Part shown: positions 23,411 to 38,270 of the stretch, in pieces
Layout of the letters: each line of letters opens with the position of its first letter
How positions within the stretch are numbered: position 1 is the stretch's first letter
Position numbers and translations under genes: made by a program
Notes under the pieces: model-generated
Told to the model about the DNA's origin: nothing
Database searches by the model: none
What the model saw: the letters and a program-made list of their open reading frames with translations, nothing else
Origin: an uncultured delta proteobacterium
Lineage (GTDB): Bacteria; Myxococcota; Myxococcia; SLRQ01
Direction: 5' to 3'
DNA length: 64,000 nucleotides
Assembly: GCA_963727485.1 (NCBI GenBank)
Contig: CAVSGM010000011.1
Coordinates: 736,001-800,000 of the forward strand

Positions 23411-24891
23411 TGCGAGACCTCTGGAGACCCGAACGTGCGATTCCCCTGGTGGTCCTCCTGGCGCTGGCGATGCCGGCTCCGGTGCAGGCGGCGGCGCACC
23501 GGCACCGTGTCGCCCTGAGGCCGTGCACCGTCCCTGGGGTCCCGGGGCCAGTGCGCTGCGGGCACTACGAGGTCTACGAGAATCGCTCGACCCGACGCGG
23601 CCGGCGACTCTCCCTGAACGTCATCGTCCTCGAGGCGACCGGTGCCCACCCCGCGCCGGATCCGATTTTCTATCTCACCGGTGGCCCCGGGGAGGGGGCA
23701 AGCGACGACGCCGCCTTCTTCGGCACGCCGGCCTGGGCGCCGGTCCGACGTCATCGGGCCATCGTCCTGGTGGACCAGCGCGGCACCGGCCGTTCCCACC
23801 GCCTCACCTGCGACCTCGGGGGTGCCGGCGCCGCGGCCCGGGCGCTCTATGCCTTCGACATCTCCGCCGGTGCGCTCCGGCGCTGCCGCGACCGCCTCGC
23901 CGCGCACGCGGACCTGCGCCAGTACACCACGCCCGTCGCCATGGACGACCTCGACGAGGTGCGCGCGGCGCTGGGCTACGAACGCATCGACCTCTACGGG
24001 GCGTCCTACGGGACCCGCGCGGCCCTGGTCTACCTCCGGCGCCACCCCCGCCACGTCCGGGCGGTGATCCTCCGGGCCATCGCCCCCACGGACATGAAGG
24101 CCCTCCTGCCTTCGGCGCGGGATGCCCAGCGCGCCTTCGACGGCGTGGTCGCCGACTGCCACGCCGATGCCGGGTGCGCCGCGGCCTTTCCCCATCTCCG
24201 AAGCGAGCTGGGGGCCGTCCTGGCGCGCCTCGCGCGGGCGCCGGTGCCGGTCACGGTCCGGGACCCGGTTACCGGCCGTCCCGACCGGATCCTCCTCACC
24301 CGCGACGTGTTCGCCGGAGCGCTCACCTGGATGATGGCGGCGCCCGAGGGCGCCGCCGCGGTGCCCCGGATCCTCCAGGCGGCCGCGGCTGGCAACTTCG
24401 GCCCCATCACCACGGCGGCCATGCCCCTGGCGGTGGTCGCCGGCGGACGCTGGGGCCTGGGCATGGCGCTCGCGGTCATCTGCTCGGAGGACGCGGCCCG
24501 GATCGACCCCCACCAGGTGGCCACCGCCACCCGGGGGACGTTCATGGGCCCCGGCCGGGTGGAGAACGAGCTGCGCGTATGCCGCGGCTGGCCCCAAGGG
24601 CGCCTCCCCGAGGACTACTGGGCGCCGGTGCGATCGGCGGTGCCGGTGCTGATGATCTCCGGCCAGTACGATCCCATCGACGGCATCGAGCTGGCCCGGG
24701 AGGTGGCGCAGACGCTGCCGAACGCCCTGCAGGTGGTGGTGCCCCACGTCGGACACCACCCCCAGTTCCCCGGGTGCACCATGGCCCTGGCCACCCGCTT
24801 CCTCGACCAGGGCTCCACCCGGGGGCTGGATCCGGCGTGTGCCGCGCGGGTGCGGCGCCCCCCCTGGCGAGGGGTGCCGGCGCATCGGTAG
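23407..24891 (+). CDS. Secreted alpha/beta hydrolase (TAP-like peptidase family)
   Basis: Signal peptide, GGPG, DQRGTG, GASYG nucleophile, C-terminal DP and GH. Confidence 0.9.
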   Translation: MMRDLWRPERAIPLVVLLALAMPAPVQAAAHRHRVALRPCTVPGVPGPVRCGHYEVYENRSTRRGRRLSLNVIVLEATGAHPAPDPIFYLTGGPGEGASDDAAFFGTPAWAPVRRHRAIVLVDQRGTGRSHRLTCDLGGAGAAARALYAFDISAGALRRCRDRLAAHADLRQYTTPVAMDDLDEVRAALGYERIDLYGASYGTRAALVYLRRHPRHVRAVILRAIAPTDMKALLPSARDAQRAFDGVVADCHADAGCAAAFPHLRSELGAVLARLARAPVPVTVRDPVTGRPDRILLTRDVFAGALTWMMAAPEGAAAVPRILQAAAAGNFGPITTAAMPLAVVAGGRWGLGMALAVICSEDAARIDPHQVATATRGTFMGPGRVENELRVCRGWPQGRLPEDYWAPVRSAVPVLMISGQYDPIDGIELAREVAQTLPNALQVVVPHVGHHPQFPGCTMALATRFLDQGSTRGLDPACAARVRRPPWRGVPAHR

Positions 24892-24909
24892 ACCCTCCGG
24901 GCGGGGCCC

Positions 24910-25356
24910 TCAGCGGGGCGGGTCCGGCGCCGGTGTCCGGGCGGCGCCCGTGGCCAGGTCCAGGGACTTGAGCATCTTCGCCCGGCGCGCCGCGTGGCGG
25001 GCGACCATGGCGTCGAAGCGCTTTGCCTGGCCGGGGTGGAGCACCGCGCGGATCTCGGTGTCACGCTTGTGGCGGATGGCCTCGAGCTGGGGGTCCATCC
25101 GCCGGAGCACCGCCGCGGTCTCGGCCCACCGGGCCTCCAGGATCTTCCGCACCGCCTCCGCCTGGGCCGGGTCGAGGCCGAGGCGCTGGCGGTAGTGCTC
25201 GGTGAGGGCCGCCGGGCCGTGGTGGCGCCACCAGGGGTGGCCGCCGCGGTGGCCCGCGAGCTGGGCGAGGCCGAAGCCCGCCGCACCCCCCACCAGGAGC
25301 AGGCCCACCGTCAGGGCCACCGCCATCCACCGCCGCCGGGTTCTCTCAGGGGCCAC
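24910..25356 (-). CDS. Membrane-anchored helical periplasmic protein (Spy/CpxP or heavy-metal-sensor-like)
   Basis: TM, then LGLDPAQAEAVRKIL...IRAVLHPGQ (LTxxQ-like); in the ECF operon. Confidence 0.6.
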   Translation of the reverse strand: MAPERTRRRWMAVALTVGLLLVGGAAGFGLAQLAGHRGGHPWWRHHGPAALTEHYRQRLGLDPAQAEAVRKILEARWAETAAVLRRMDPQLEAIRHKRDTEIRAVLHPGQAKRFDAMVARHAARRAKMLKSLDLATGAARTPAPDPPR

Positions 25357-25783
25357 CGATGCCCTCCGTCGCCAGGGCCACCGCCACCTCGGTGGGATCC
25401 GAGGGGGAGACGGTGGCGGTCGAGCCATTCGGGGTGCCCAGGGCGGCGACGCCACCCCAGACCAGCACCGCGAGGACCGCCGCCGCCAGGGCCGCCCGGG
25501 CGGCGACGGGGACGAAGCGGTCGAGGAAGGACGGGGCCGGGGCGGCCTGCGCCGCCCGAAAGGCGCGCTCGGCGAGACCCTCCGGCACCGGGGTGGGGCC
25601 CGAGGCCTTCAGCGCCAGGGCGGGGACCACGCGCACCGCCAGATGGCGGCGGCACCGCTCGCAGCCGGAGAGGTGGTCCTGCACCGCGGCCAGGGTGTCG
25701 CCCTCGAGGCGCCCGGCGGCGAAGGCCGGGAGGTGCACCTTGCAGGTGTGGCAGCCCATGGGGCCGGCGGGGGTCGGGGTCAT
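25346..25783 (-). CDS. zf-HC2 anti-sigma factor
   Basis: HLSGCERC motif plus TM; coupled to the ECF sigma. Confidence 0.85.
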   Translation of the reverse strand: MTPTPAGPMGCHTCKVHLPAFAAGRLEGDTLAAVQDHLSGCERCRRHLAVRVVPALALKASGPTPVPEGLAERAFRAAQAAPAPSFLDRFVPVAARAALAAAVLAVLVWGGVAALGTPNGSTATVSPSDPTEVAVALATEGIGGP

Positions 25784-26370
25784 CGGAGCCCCTCCCGGTC
25801 GAGGCGGGCCTCGAGGCGGCGCGCCAGGAGCCGCCGGGCCCGGAAGAGGCGGGAGTCGATGGTCCCCGGGGGTACGCCGAGGGCGGCGGAGAGCTCGGGG
25901 TAGCTCATGTCCTCGACCTCCCGGAGCAGGAGGACCAGCCGGTACTTCTCGGGGAGGGCCTCGACCTCCCGGCGGACGGCGGCGGCGAGCTCGGTGCGCG
26001 CGAGGACCTCGTCGGCGAGATCGGCGTCACCGGCGACCCGGGCCAAGAGCGGGCCGAGGACGTCGTCGTCGAGGGTGTCCTCCCGGCGGCGGCGCCGGGC
26101 GCGCTGGTGGTCGTGGGCCACCGAGCGGACGATGCGGAAGAGCCAGGCCAGCGCCGCCTGGGGATCGCGCAGCTCGCCGAGGCGGCGCCAGGCGCGGACG
26201 AAGGTCTCCTGGACCACCTCCTCGGCCTCGGCGACGTCACCCGCGAGGTGCACCGCCAGGCGGTACACCGACCCGTGGGTGCGCAGGACCACCGCTCGGA
26301 AGGCGAGGGGGTCGCCCCCCTGCGCGCGGACGATCTCGTCCGCGAGGGATGCTTCGCGATCGGCGTCCAT
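25780..26370 (-). CDS. ECF sigma-70 factor
   Basis: AEEVVQETF, WLFRI, SYPELSAALGVPPGTIDSRLFRAR. Confidence 0.92.
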   Translation of the reverse strand: MDADREASLADEIVRAQGGDPLAFRAVVLRTHGSVYRLAVHLAGDVAEAEEVVQETFVRAWRRLGELRDPQAALAWLFRIVRSVAHDHQRARRRRREDTLDDDVLGPLLARVAGDADLADEVLARTELAAAVRREVEALPEKYRLVLLLREVEDMSYPELSAALGVPPGTIDSRLFRARRLLARRLEARLDREGLR

Positions 26371-26392
26371 GCGCTGGGAAGGTCGGTTCGCA

Positions 26393-27618
<1,226 letters not shown>

Positions 27619-27622
<4 letters not shown>

Positions 27623-28353
27623 GCCGCGTCTCCTTCGACGGCCAGAGGCGGCACCACCGCCGCCACCGCCGGGCGCGTCTCGTCGCGGATGAGGCGGCCG
27701 TCCTTCAGCTCCAACACCCGGCCGGCGTAGTCGGCGATGTCGTGCTCGTGGGTCACCAGGATCACGGTGATCCCGGCCTCCACCAGGGACTGGAAGAGGG
27801 CCATCACCTCGATGCTGGTCCGGGAGTCGAGGTTCCCGGTGGGCTCGTCGGCGAGGATCACCTGGGGCTTGGTGACCAGCGCCCGGGCGATGGCCACCCG
27901 CTGCTGCTGGCCGCCGGAGAGCTGGCTGGGGTGGTGGGCGGCGCGGTCGGCGAGGCCCACCCGGCCCAGGGCCTCGAGGGAGCGGCTCCGGCGCTCCCGG
28001 GCGGAGAAGCCCCCGTAGAGCAGCGGCAGGGAGACGTTCTCCAGGGCGCTGGTGCGGGGCAGGAGGTTGAAGCTCTGGAACACGAAGCCCAGGAACCGGT
28101 TGCGGATCTCCGCCAGGCGGTTCTTGTCCAGGCCCTCGACCTTCTCGTCGGCGAGGCGGTAGCTGCCGCTGGTCGGCCGGTCGAGGCAGCCGAGGATGTT
28201 CATCAGGGTGGACTTCCCGGAGCCCGAGGCGCCCATGATCGCCACCGAGGCCCCGGCCTCGATGGAGAGGGACACCCCGGCGAGGGCGCGCACCTGCACC
28301 TCGCCGGCGTCATAGACCTTCACCAGGTCACGTGCCTCGATGACCGCGGCCAT
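27619..28353 (-). CDS. MacB/LolD-type ABC ATPase (in frame with the upstream adaptor as sequenced)
   Basis: GASGSGKST, LSGGQQQR, DEPTGNLD; own GGAGG-N5-ATG. Confidence 0.9.
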
Positions 28354-29673
28354 GGTGGCCTCCTCGAGGATCCGCCCGAAGCGGCGCCGGTTGTTGCCGT
28401 TCGCGCCCGGGCCCTCCATGCCGGTGATCACCTTGTCCCCGGGCTCGAGGCCGCTCTGGATCTCGGTGACCTTGCCATCGGAGATGCCGATGCGAACCCG
28501 CACCGGCACCGGCGCCCCGTTGGCGCCGAGCTTGAAGAGCACCCGGGCGAAGCCCTGGCGCCCGGCCTCCTCCACCGCGACGCCGGTCTCGTGGCGGCCG
28601 CCGTTGCGGGCTTCACCCGCCGGCGCCGCCCTCGGCCGGTGGCGGGGGGCAGCGGCCGGGCCCACCTCCGGAGCCTGGGCCGCGAGCGCCTTCTCCAGCT
28701 CCGGCGGCGGCCGGAACCGCAGCGCGGCGTTGGGCACGGCGACCACCCCATCCTTGGAGTCGGTGACGAAGCTGACGTCGGCGGTCATCCCCGGACGCAG
28801 CTTGAGGTCGGGGTTCTTCACGGTGACCACCGCGTCGTAGGTGACCACGTTCTGCACCGTCTGGGGCGAGTAGCGGACCTGCTTCACCGTGCCCTTGAAG
28901 GTCTCGGCGGGGTAGGCGTCGACGGTGAACTCCACGGGCATGCCCTGGTGGATACGCCCGATGTCCGACTCGGCGACGCTGGTGTGCAGCTCCATCTCCT
29001 TGAGGTCCTGGGCGATGGAGAAGAGGGTCGGCGCCTGGAAGCTGGCGGCGACCGTCTGGCCCACGTCGACGTTCCGGGAGATGACCACCCCGTCGATGGG
29101 GGAGACGATGGTGGTGTAGCCGAGGTTGGTCTGGGCCTGGTCGAGGGCGGCGCGGGCCTGGGCCACCGAGGCCCCGGCGGACTCGAGCTGGGCCTTCGCC
29201 TGGTCGAAGTTCGCCTGGGCGGTGTCCGCCTCGGACTGGGCGGCGAGGTGGCGGGCGGCGAGGTCGGCGGCGCGCTTCGCCTGGCGGCCGGCGTCCTTGA
29301 GGGCCGCCTTCGCCCGGGTCACCCCGGCGCGGGCGGCGGTGAGGTTGGCCTTGGCCTTGGCCACGTCGGAGTTGAAGAACCGGGGGTCGATCCGGGCGAT
29401 GACCTCACCCTTGTGGACCGGGGAGTTGAAGTCCACGTTGAGGGCCTGGATGCGGCCGGAGACCTGGCTGCCCACGTCCACGGTGTAGAGGGGCGAGAGG
29501 GTCCCGGTGGCGGTCACCCGGGACTCGATGTGGGCCCGGGTCACCTTCGCGGTCTGGAACTTGAGGTCCGCGGTGGGGCTCTTCCGGAGCATCCCCCAGG
29601 CCCCGAGCGTCCCCCCGAGGACCACCACGCCCACCGCCACCGCCACGAGCCACCGTCTGGTCTTCTGTTCCAC
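28354..29673 (-). CDS. MacA-like periplasmic adaptor (MFP)
   Basis: VGSQVSGRI, SPIDGVVI, GQTVAASFQAP, LRPGMTA. Confidence 0.92.
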
Positions 29674-29725
29674 GCGCTTGCCTCCGTCGATGGGCGGAGG
29701 ACGCCGGCGGGGCCCGGATCCTTCC

Positions 29726-31355
29726 CTATTTCTTCGCCCCGGGATCCGGGGGCGGGCCGGTGCCCCCGGGGGCGGGCCCGAGGATCCGCCGGGCGAGCCC
29801 CGCGGCGACGGCGGCCGGGGTCAGGTGGTCGAGGTCCACCCGGGCGTTGGCGGCGCGCATGGTCCGGACGTCGATGGCCCCCACCAGGGGCCGGAGGGCG
29901 TCCAGGACCCCGGGCCGCCCCGCCGCCGCCCGGCCGACCAGGATCACCGCGTCGTAGGGCGGGAAGGCGTGGCGCGGGTCCCCGAGCACCCGGAGGTGGT
30001 CGGCGGCGATGCGCCCGTCGCTGGAGAAGGCGGTGATCACGTCCACGTCGCCCTGGACCACCGCCCGGTACAGGAAGGTGGGGATCGAAGGTGACCTGCC
30101 TTCGGAACCGGAGGCCATAGAGGCGCTCGAGGCGGGTCCACTCCGGGCGGCTGAAGAACTCGTAGTCGCTGCCGAGGGCGAGGGTCGGCGCCCGGGGGGC
30201 GAGGTCGGCGATGGTGTGCACCCCCAGGGCCGCCGCCCAATCCTGGCGCATGGCCAGGGCGTAGGCGTTCTCGAAGCCCAGGCGCCCGACGGTGGTGATC
30301 CCGTGCCGCGTCTTCGCCCACGCCGCCACCGCCCGGTAGACCGCGTCCGGGGAGGCGACGTCGTGGCGCTTCAGCTCGTTGGCCCAGAGGGTCCCGGTGT
30401 AGTCCACGTAGACGTCGAGGTCCCCGTGGGCCAGGGCGTCGAAGATCACCGTCGAGCCCAGGTCCTGCTTCTCCACGGTGGCCAGGCCCCGGCGGTGGAG
30501 GGCCCGGGCCATGAGGTCCGCCAGGACGTACTGCTCGGTGAAGTTCTTGGCGCCGATGCGCACCGGGCGCCTGGGGGCGGCGCCGCCGAGGTGGGGCAGG
30601 GCGGCGGCGACCGCGAAGGCCACGAGAAAGAGCCCCGCCAGCGCCGCCCGGAGCCGGCTGCGCCTCGCCGCCGCGGACTCCAGGAGGGCGAGGGTGGCGT
30701 CCAGGGCGATGGCCAGCGCCGCGGCAGCGACGCACCCGACCACCACCGAGGTCCAGTTGCGGGTCTGGAGGCCGCTGAAGATGTAGTTGCCCAGGCTGGT
30801 CTGCCCCACCGGCGTGGAGAGGGTGGCGATGCCGACGGTCCACACGGTGGCGGTGCGGACCCCAGCGAGGATCACCGGCGCCGCCAGGGGCAGCTGCACC
30901 TGGCGCAGGACCTGCCCCGGGGTCATCCCCAGGCCCTCGGCGGCCTCGATCAACGCCGGGTCGACGCCGAGGATCCCGGTGACCGTGTTCCGGAGCACCG
31001 GGAGGATGGCGTAGAGGGTCAGGGCGATCACCGCCGGCCAGAACCCGAAGGCCGACACCGAGGTGCCGGTGAGCCGGCCGGCGAGGACGAAGACCGGCAC
31101 CATCAGGGCGAGGAGCGCCAGCCCGGGGATGGTCTGGATGACCCCTGCGACGGTGAGCACCGGCCACCGGAGGGCCCGGACCCGCACCGCGGCGATGGCC
31201 AGCGGCACCGAGAGGCAGACCCCGGCGGTCAGCGCCACCAGGGTGAGGGTGAGGTGGTCGGCGAGGCGCTCCGGGAGCATCGCCAGGGCCCGGGCCAGCG
31301 CCGGGGAGCCGAGCCAGGCGAGCGGGCCCGCGGCGAGGGCGCCGAGGCCGCTCAC
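29726..31355 (-). CDS. Osmoprotectant ABC transporter permease + substrate-binding fusion; frameshift ~30083
   Basis: IQTIPGLAL, EAAEGLGM, IGAKNFTEQY, YVDYTGT, LGFENAY, FPPYDA. Confidence 0.9.
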
Positions 31356-32128
31356 CTCGCCCCGTCCCCGGCGAGGAGGGCCTCGAGGGCCTCGGCCTGG
31401 CGCCTGGGGGTCTCGAGGAGCGCGCGGACGGCCTCGTCCCCCGGGTCCCGGAGGAGGTCCCGGGGCGTCCCCAGGCCCACCAGCCGCCCCCCGTCGAGGA
31501 CGGCGATCCGGTCGGCCAGTCGCAGCGCCTCGCTCATGTCGTGGGTCACCATCACCGTCGTCAGCCCCAGGCGATCGTGGAGGCCCCGATAGGCGGCCTG
31601 GAGCCCGTCCCGGGTCACCGGGTCCACCGCCCCGAAGGGCTCGTCCAGGAGCATCACCCTCGGCCGCGCCGCCAGGGCCCGGGCCACGCCCACCCGCTGG
31701 GCCTGCCCCCCGGAGAGCTGGCGCGGCGGGCAATCGCGGTACACCGCCGGGTCGAGGTCCACCAGCTCGAGGAGCGCGTCCACCCGGGCGGCGACCTCGG
31801 CCTCGGCCCAGCCGAGGAGCCGCGGGACCACCGCCACGTTCTCGCCCACGGTCCGGTGGGGGAACAGGCCAATCCCCTGGAAGACGTAGCCGATGCCCCG
31901 GCGCAGGGCCACCGGGTCGGTGGCGGCCACGTCCCGGCCGTCCACGGCGATCCGGCCCCGGGTGGCGTCCACCAGGCGGTTGATCATCTTGAGGGTCGTG
32001 GTCTTGCCGGATCCGCTGGCCCCGACGAGCACCACCAGCTCCCCCTCGGCGATCGCCAGGTCGACGCCGTCCACGGCGTAGGAGACCCCAGCGTCGAAGG
32101 TCTTGGCGACGTCCTCCAGGCGGATCAT
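31352..32128 (-). CDS. Osmoprotectant ABC ATPase (OpuCA/OsmV-like, no CBS pair)
   Basis: GASGSGKTT, MINRL, GIGYVFQGIGLFPH, LSGGQ, DEPFGAVDP. Confidence 0.92.
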   Translation of the reverse strand: MIRLEDVAKTFDAGVSYAVDGVDLAIAEGELVVLVGASGSGKTTTLKMINRLVDATRGRIAVDGRDVAATDPVALRRGIGYVFQGIGLFPHRTVGENVAVVPRLLGWAEAEVAARVDALLELVDLDPAVYRDCPPRQLSGGQAQRVGVARALAARPRVMLLDEPFGAVDPVTRDGLQAAYRGLHDRLGLTTVMVTHDMSEALRLADRIAVLDGGRLVGLGTPRDLLRDPGDEAVRALLETPRRQAEALEALLAGDGAR

Positions 32129-32168
32129 GCCTCCGACACTGGATCACATCCTAACCCCCCGCAAACGC

Positions 32169-32198
32169 TTGACAGTCGTCGCCGCAGCGCCCTATGTA
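32169..32198 (+). promoter_or_regulatory. Putative sigma-70 promoter of the nuo operon
   Basis: TTGACA-N18-TATGTA upstream of nuoA. Confidence 0.45.
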
Positions 32199-32250
32199 CG
32201 GGCCCCCCACCGGGACCCGTTTCCGGCCCCCTCCAACCCCCTCGAGCGCC

Positions 32251-32664
32251 ATGGTCCCAACCCTGCTCGCCGTCTCGTCGCCCGCCGCTGAGGATCTCAC
32301 CGGCTACATCCCCGTCGTGATCACGCTCCTCCTGGCCGGGGTGCTGGGGATGGTCATCGTCGGCCTGGTGACCGCCATCGGCCGCCGGCAGCTCTCCGCG
32401 GTGAAGGCCATGCCCTTCGAGGCCGGGTCGATCCCCATCGGCAACGCCCGGCAGCGCATCCACGTGCAGTACTACGTGGTGGCGCTGCTCTTCATCGTCT
32501 TCGACCTGGAGACGGTCTTCCTCTTCATCTGGGCGCCGATCTTCCGCGACCTCGGGTACTACGGCCTCACGGTCATGGCCTTCTTCCTCATCCTCCTGGT
32601 GGTGGGCCTCGTCTACGAGTGGAAGAAGGGGGCCCTGGAGTGGGCGACCCCCGGAGAGGACTGA
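32251..32664 (+). CDS. nuoA: NADH-quinone oxidoreductase subunit A
   Basis: PFEAG, FIVFDLETVF, YEWKKGALEW. Confidence 0.95.
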   Translation: MVPTLLAVSSPAAEDLTGYIPVVITLLLAGVLGMVIVGLVTAIGRRQLSAVKAMPFEAGSIPIGNARQRIHVQYYVVALLFIVFDLETVFLFIWAPIFRDLGYYGLTVMAFFLILLVVGLVYEWKKGALEWATPGED

Positions 32665-32669
32665 CCCCT

Positions 32670-33245
<576 letters not shown>

Positions 33246-33249
<4 letters not shown>

Positions 33250-33827
33250 GCAAGGCCGTCCTCGACAAGCTCCAGCAGAAGTTCGGCGCCGCGGTCCTCG
33301 AGACCCACGCCGAGCACGGCGACGAGACCGCGGTCATCGAGCCCGCCAAGATCCGCGAGGTCTGCGAGTTCCTCAAGACCGACGCCGCCATGCACTTCCA
33401 GATGGTCACCGACATCACCTGCGTCGACTGGCTCGGCCGGGACCCGCGCTTCGAGGTGGTCTACCACCTCTACTCGGTGGCCAAGAAGCACCGGATCCGC
33501 CTCAAGTGCCGCCTCCCCGAGGGCGACCCCAAGCTCCCCTCGGTGACCCCGGTGTGGAAGGGCGCCAACTGGTTCGAGCGCGAGGCCTACGACATGTACG
33601 GCGTGGTCTTCGACGGCCACCCGGACCTCCGGCGCATCCTCCTCTACCCCGAGTTCGTGGGGCACCCGCTGCGCAAGGACTACCCCCTCGACGGTGAGCA
33701 GCCCCTGGTGGAGATGCGGGACCCCGAGTCCCAGCGCCCGGTGATGCCCGGGGTCGAGAGCAGCCTGGTTCGCATCGGCGGCGCCGCCAAGCAGGATGAC
33801 GACGCGACGTCCGGGAAGGAGGCCTAA
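33246..33827 (+). CDS. nuoC: NADH-quinone oxidoreductase subunit C
   Basis: [28 protein letters not shown]. Confidence 0.95.
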
Positions 33828-33828
33828 G

Positions 33829-35145
33829 GTGGCAGGCGACATCATGAAGGACCGCAAGGCGGCCACCGACGAGATCATCCGGGAGGCCTTCGAGGGCGGC
33901 ACGCGCCTGGAGCCCGGGGGCAACCCGCCCCCCCAGAGCTTCTACGACCGCACCGGCGAGGAGGGCGAGGGTGCCCTGCCCACCGAGGACCAGGTCATCA
34001 ACGTGGGCCCCAGCCACCCGGTGACCCACGGGACCGTGCGCTTCCTGATGAAGCTCTCCGGCGAGCGCATCGTCGACATCGACCCGGACATCGGCTACCT
34101 GCACCGGGGCTTCGAGAAGCAGGTGGAGCACGCCACCTGGACCCAGTGCTTCCCCTACGTCGACCGGCTCAACTACGTCTCGCCGCTGCTCAACAACGTG
34201 GGCTTCGCCCTGGCCGTGGAGAAGCTCGCGGGCATCGAGGCGCCCGAGCGGGCCCAGTACCTGCGGACCATCGGCGGCGAGATCCACCGGGTCTGCGACC
34301 ACCTCACCGCGCTGGGCGCCATGGCCATGGAGCTCGGCGCGTTCAGCGCCTTCCTCTACGCCGTGGAGGGCCGCGAGTTCTGGTGGGACCGGATCGCCGA
34401 GCTCACCGGCGCCCGGCTGATGGTCAGCTACTGCCGCGTCGGCGGCGTGGCCCGGGACATCCCCGAGGGCTGGATCCCGAAGACCCTGGCCTCCATCGAC
34501 CGGACCCGGGCGGTGGTCAACGAGCTCGACGCCCTGCTCTCGCGCAACCGGATCTTCCTCGACCGGACCGTGGGCACCGGCGTCATCTCCCAGGAGGACG
34601 CCATCGAGTACGGGTGGACCGGCCCCACGCTGCGGGCCACCGGCGTCGACTACGACGTCCGCAAGGACCACCCCTACCTCATCTACGGCGACCTCGACTG
34701 GGACGTCCCGGTGGGCGAGCACGGCGACAACTTCGACCGGTTCGCGGTGCGGATCGAGGAGATCCGCCAGTCCCTGCGCATCATCGAGCAGGCCATCGAC
34801 AAGCTCCCCGACGGGCCGATCATCCTCGACGACTGGAAGTTCGCCTTGCCCTCGAAGACCGAGGTCTACAAGTCGATCCAGGCCACCATCGCCCACTTCG
34901 AGATGATCATGTACGGCATCCAGGTGCCGGCGGGCGAGGCCTACGGCTACACCGAGGGGGGCAACGGCGAGCTCGGCTTCTACGTGGTCAGCGACGGTGG
35001 TGGCAAGCCGTACAAGGTCAAGGTCCGGCCGCCGTGCTTCGCGATCATGCAGGCCCTTCCGGAGATGGTCCGCGGCTCCCTGCTCGCCGACCTCGTCCCG
35101 ACCTTCGACTCGATCAACATGATCGGTGGGGAGATCGACCGCTGA
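33829..35145 (+). CDS. nuoD: NADH-quinone oxidoreductase subunit D
   Basis: GPSHPVTHG, GYLHRGFEK, DRLNY, GGEIDR. Confidence 0.95.
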   Translation: MAGDIMKDRKAATDEIIREAFEGGTRLEPGGNPPPQSFYDRTGEEGEGALPTEDQVINVGPSHPVTHGTVRFLMKLSGERIVDIDPDIGYLHRGFEKQVEHATWTQCFPYVDRLNYVSPLLNNVGFALAVEKLAGIEAPERAQYLRTIGGEIHRVCDHLTALGAMAMELGAFSAFLYAVEGREFWWDRIAELTGARLMVSYCRVGGVARDIPEGWIPKTLASIDRTRAVVNELDALLSRNRIFLDRTVGTGVISQEDAIEYGWTGPTLRATGVDYDVRKDHPYLIYGDLDWDVPVGEHGDNFDRFAVRIEEIRQSLRIIEQAIDKLPDGPIILDDWKFALPSKTEVYKSIQATIAHFEMIMYGIQVPAGEAYGYTEGGNGELGFYVVSDGGGKPYKVKVRPPCFAIMQALPEMVRGSLLADLVPTFDSINMIGGEIDR

Positions 35146-36827
35146 TGGCACCCGAGGACGCGACCCAGGAGCAGAAGGACCCCAACTCGCTCACCGTCAC
35201 CGTCGACGGGGTCGAGCACCAGCTGCCCAAGAAGAAGGGGCTGACGATCATCCAGGTCTGCGAGGAGCTGGACATCGACATCCCCCGCTTCTGCTACCAC
35301 GAGCGGCTCACCATCCCCGCCAACTGCCGGATGTGCCTGGTGGAGGTGGAGAAGGCCCCGAAGCTGATGCCCGCCTGCCACACCGAGGTGCGCGACGGGA
35401 TGGTGGTCAACACCCAGACCGAGAAGGTGAAGCAGGCCCAGGAGGCGGTCCTCGAGTTCCTCCTGGTCGACCACCCGGTCGACTGCCCCATCTGCGACCA
35501 GGCGGGGGAGTGCCCGCTCCAGGACCAGTACTTCAAGTTCGACCGCAAGCCCTCCCGGATCCCCGACCCGGCCCAGAAGGTGAAGAAGGGCAAGGGCGTC
35601 CGCGTCGGCCCGAGGGTCACCCTCGACCAGGAGCGCTGCGTCCTGTGCACCCGGTGCGTCCGGTTCATGGACGAGGTCGCCCGGGAGCCCCAGCTGGGGA
35701 TGTTCTGGCGCAACGACCACAGCTACATCAGCAACTTCCCCGGTCAGCCGCTGACCAGCAACTACTCCCTGAACACCGTGGAGATCTGCCCGGTGGGGGC
35801 GCTGACCTCGACCGACTTCCGCTTCCACAAGCGGGTGTGGAACCTCACCTCGAGCCCCAGCATCTGCGACGGCTGCGCCCGGGGCTGCAACGACTGGGTC
35901 GACCAGGACGGCCGCCACGTCTACCGGATGCGCGCCCGGGACAACGACGCGGTGAACCAGGCCTGGATGTGCGACCACGGCCGGCTCTCCTACGGCTTCG
36001 TCAACGACGACCGGGTGCTGGCCGGGCGCATCGGCCGCGGGTCGCCCGCGCTGCTGCGGGGCACCGAGAGGGTCGCCGCCGAGATCGCCGCCAAGCTGAA
36101 GCCGGTGGCGGGCAAGGGCGAAGGGCTGGCGATGCTGGTCAGCGCCCGGTGCTCCACCGAGGACGCCCTGATGGCCGCCTGGCTCGCCAAGGAGGTCCTG
36201 GGCCTCGACCGCCTCTACGTCGGCGGCCGCGAGGACGGAGAGAAGGACAAGATCCTCCTGCGCGACGACCGCAACCCCAATCGCCTGGGCGTCCAGCTCG
36301 CGGCACAGGCCTTCGGCCTCGAGGCGGCGGCGTTCCAGGGGCTCCTGGAGGCGGTGGACGAGGGCAAGGTCAAGATGCTCTACGCCATCGGCACCGACGT
36401 GCCCGTGGCCCAGAGCCTCGCCGCCGGGGTCTTCGCCTCGCTCGAGTTCCTGGCGGTCCAGGCGGTGAGCGCCGACGAGAATCGTCGCCCAGGCCGACTG
36501 CGTGCTCCCCGCCGCCACCTACATGGAGGGCGAGGGCACCTTCGTGAACTTCATGGGTCGCCTCCAGCGCTTCACCCCGGCCTTCGAGGCCCGGGGCGAG
36601 GCCACGGCCCACTGGGACTGGCTGGGCGAGGTGGCCCGAGGGCTCGGCAAGGACGTCGACTACGGCGCCCCCGGCGAGGTCTTCGACGCCCTGGCCGGCA
36701 AGTCCGAGGTCCTGGGCAAGGTGAAGTGGGCGGAGATTGGCGCCGCGGGTGTCGCCCTCGAGGGCGTCGGCGCGGCCGAGGACCAGACCGGCGGGGCCGG
36801 AACGCGTGACCAGAAGGGAGTCTCCCG

Positions 36828-36840
<13 letters not shown>
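35145..36840 (+). CDS. nuoG: NuoG-like Fe-S subunit (~565 aa); frameshift ~36481
   Basis: IPRFCYH, CRMC, HPVDCPICDQAGEC, CVLCTRC..CP, CDGCARGC, LPAATYME.EGTFVN. Confidence 0.88.
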
Positions 36841-38243
<1,403 letters not shown>

Positions 38244-38270
38244 CCCCACTCGAGCAGAACGGAAGGCCGC

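Noticed and set aside
31352..32128. c-di-AMP-regulated OpuCA as target of the window's DAC
   Set aside because: The ATPase lacks the CBS domains that bind c-di-AMP in characterised OpuCA proteins
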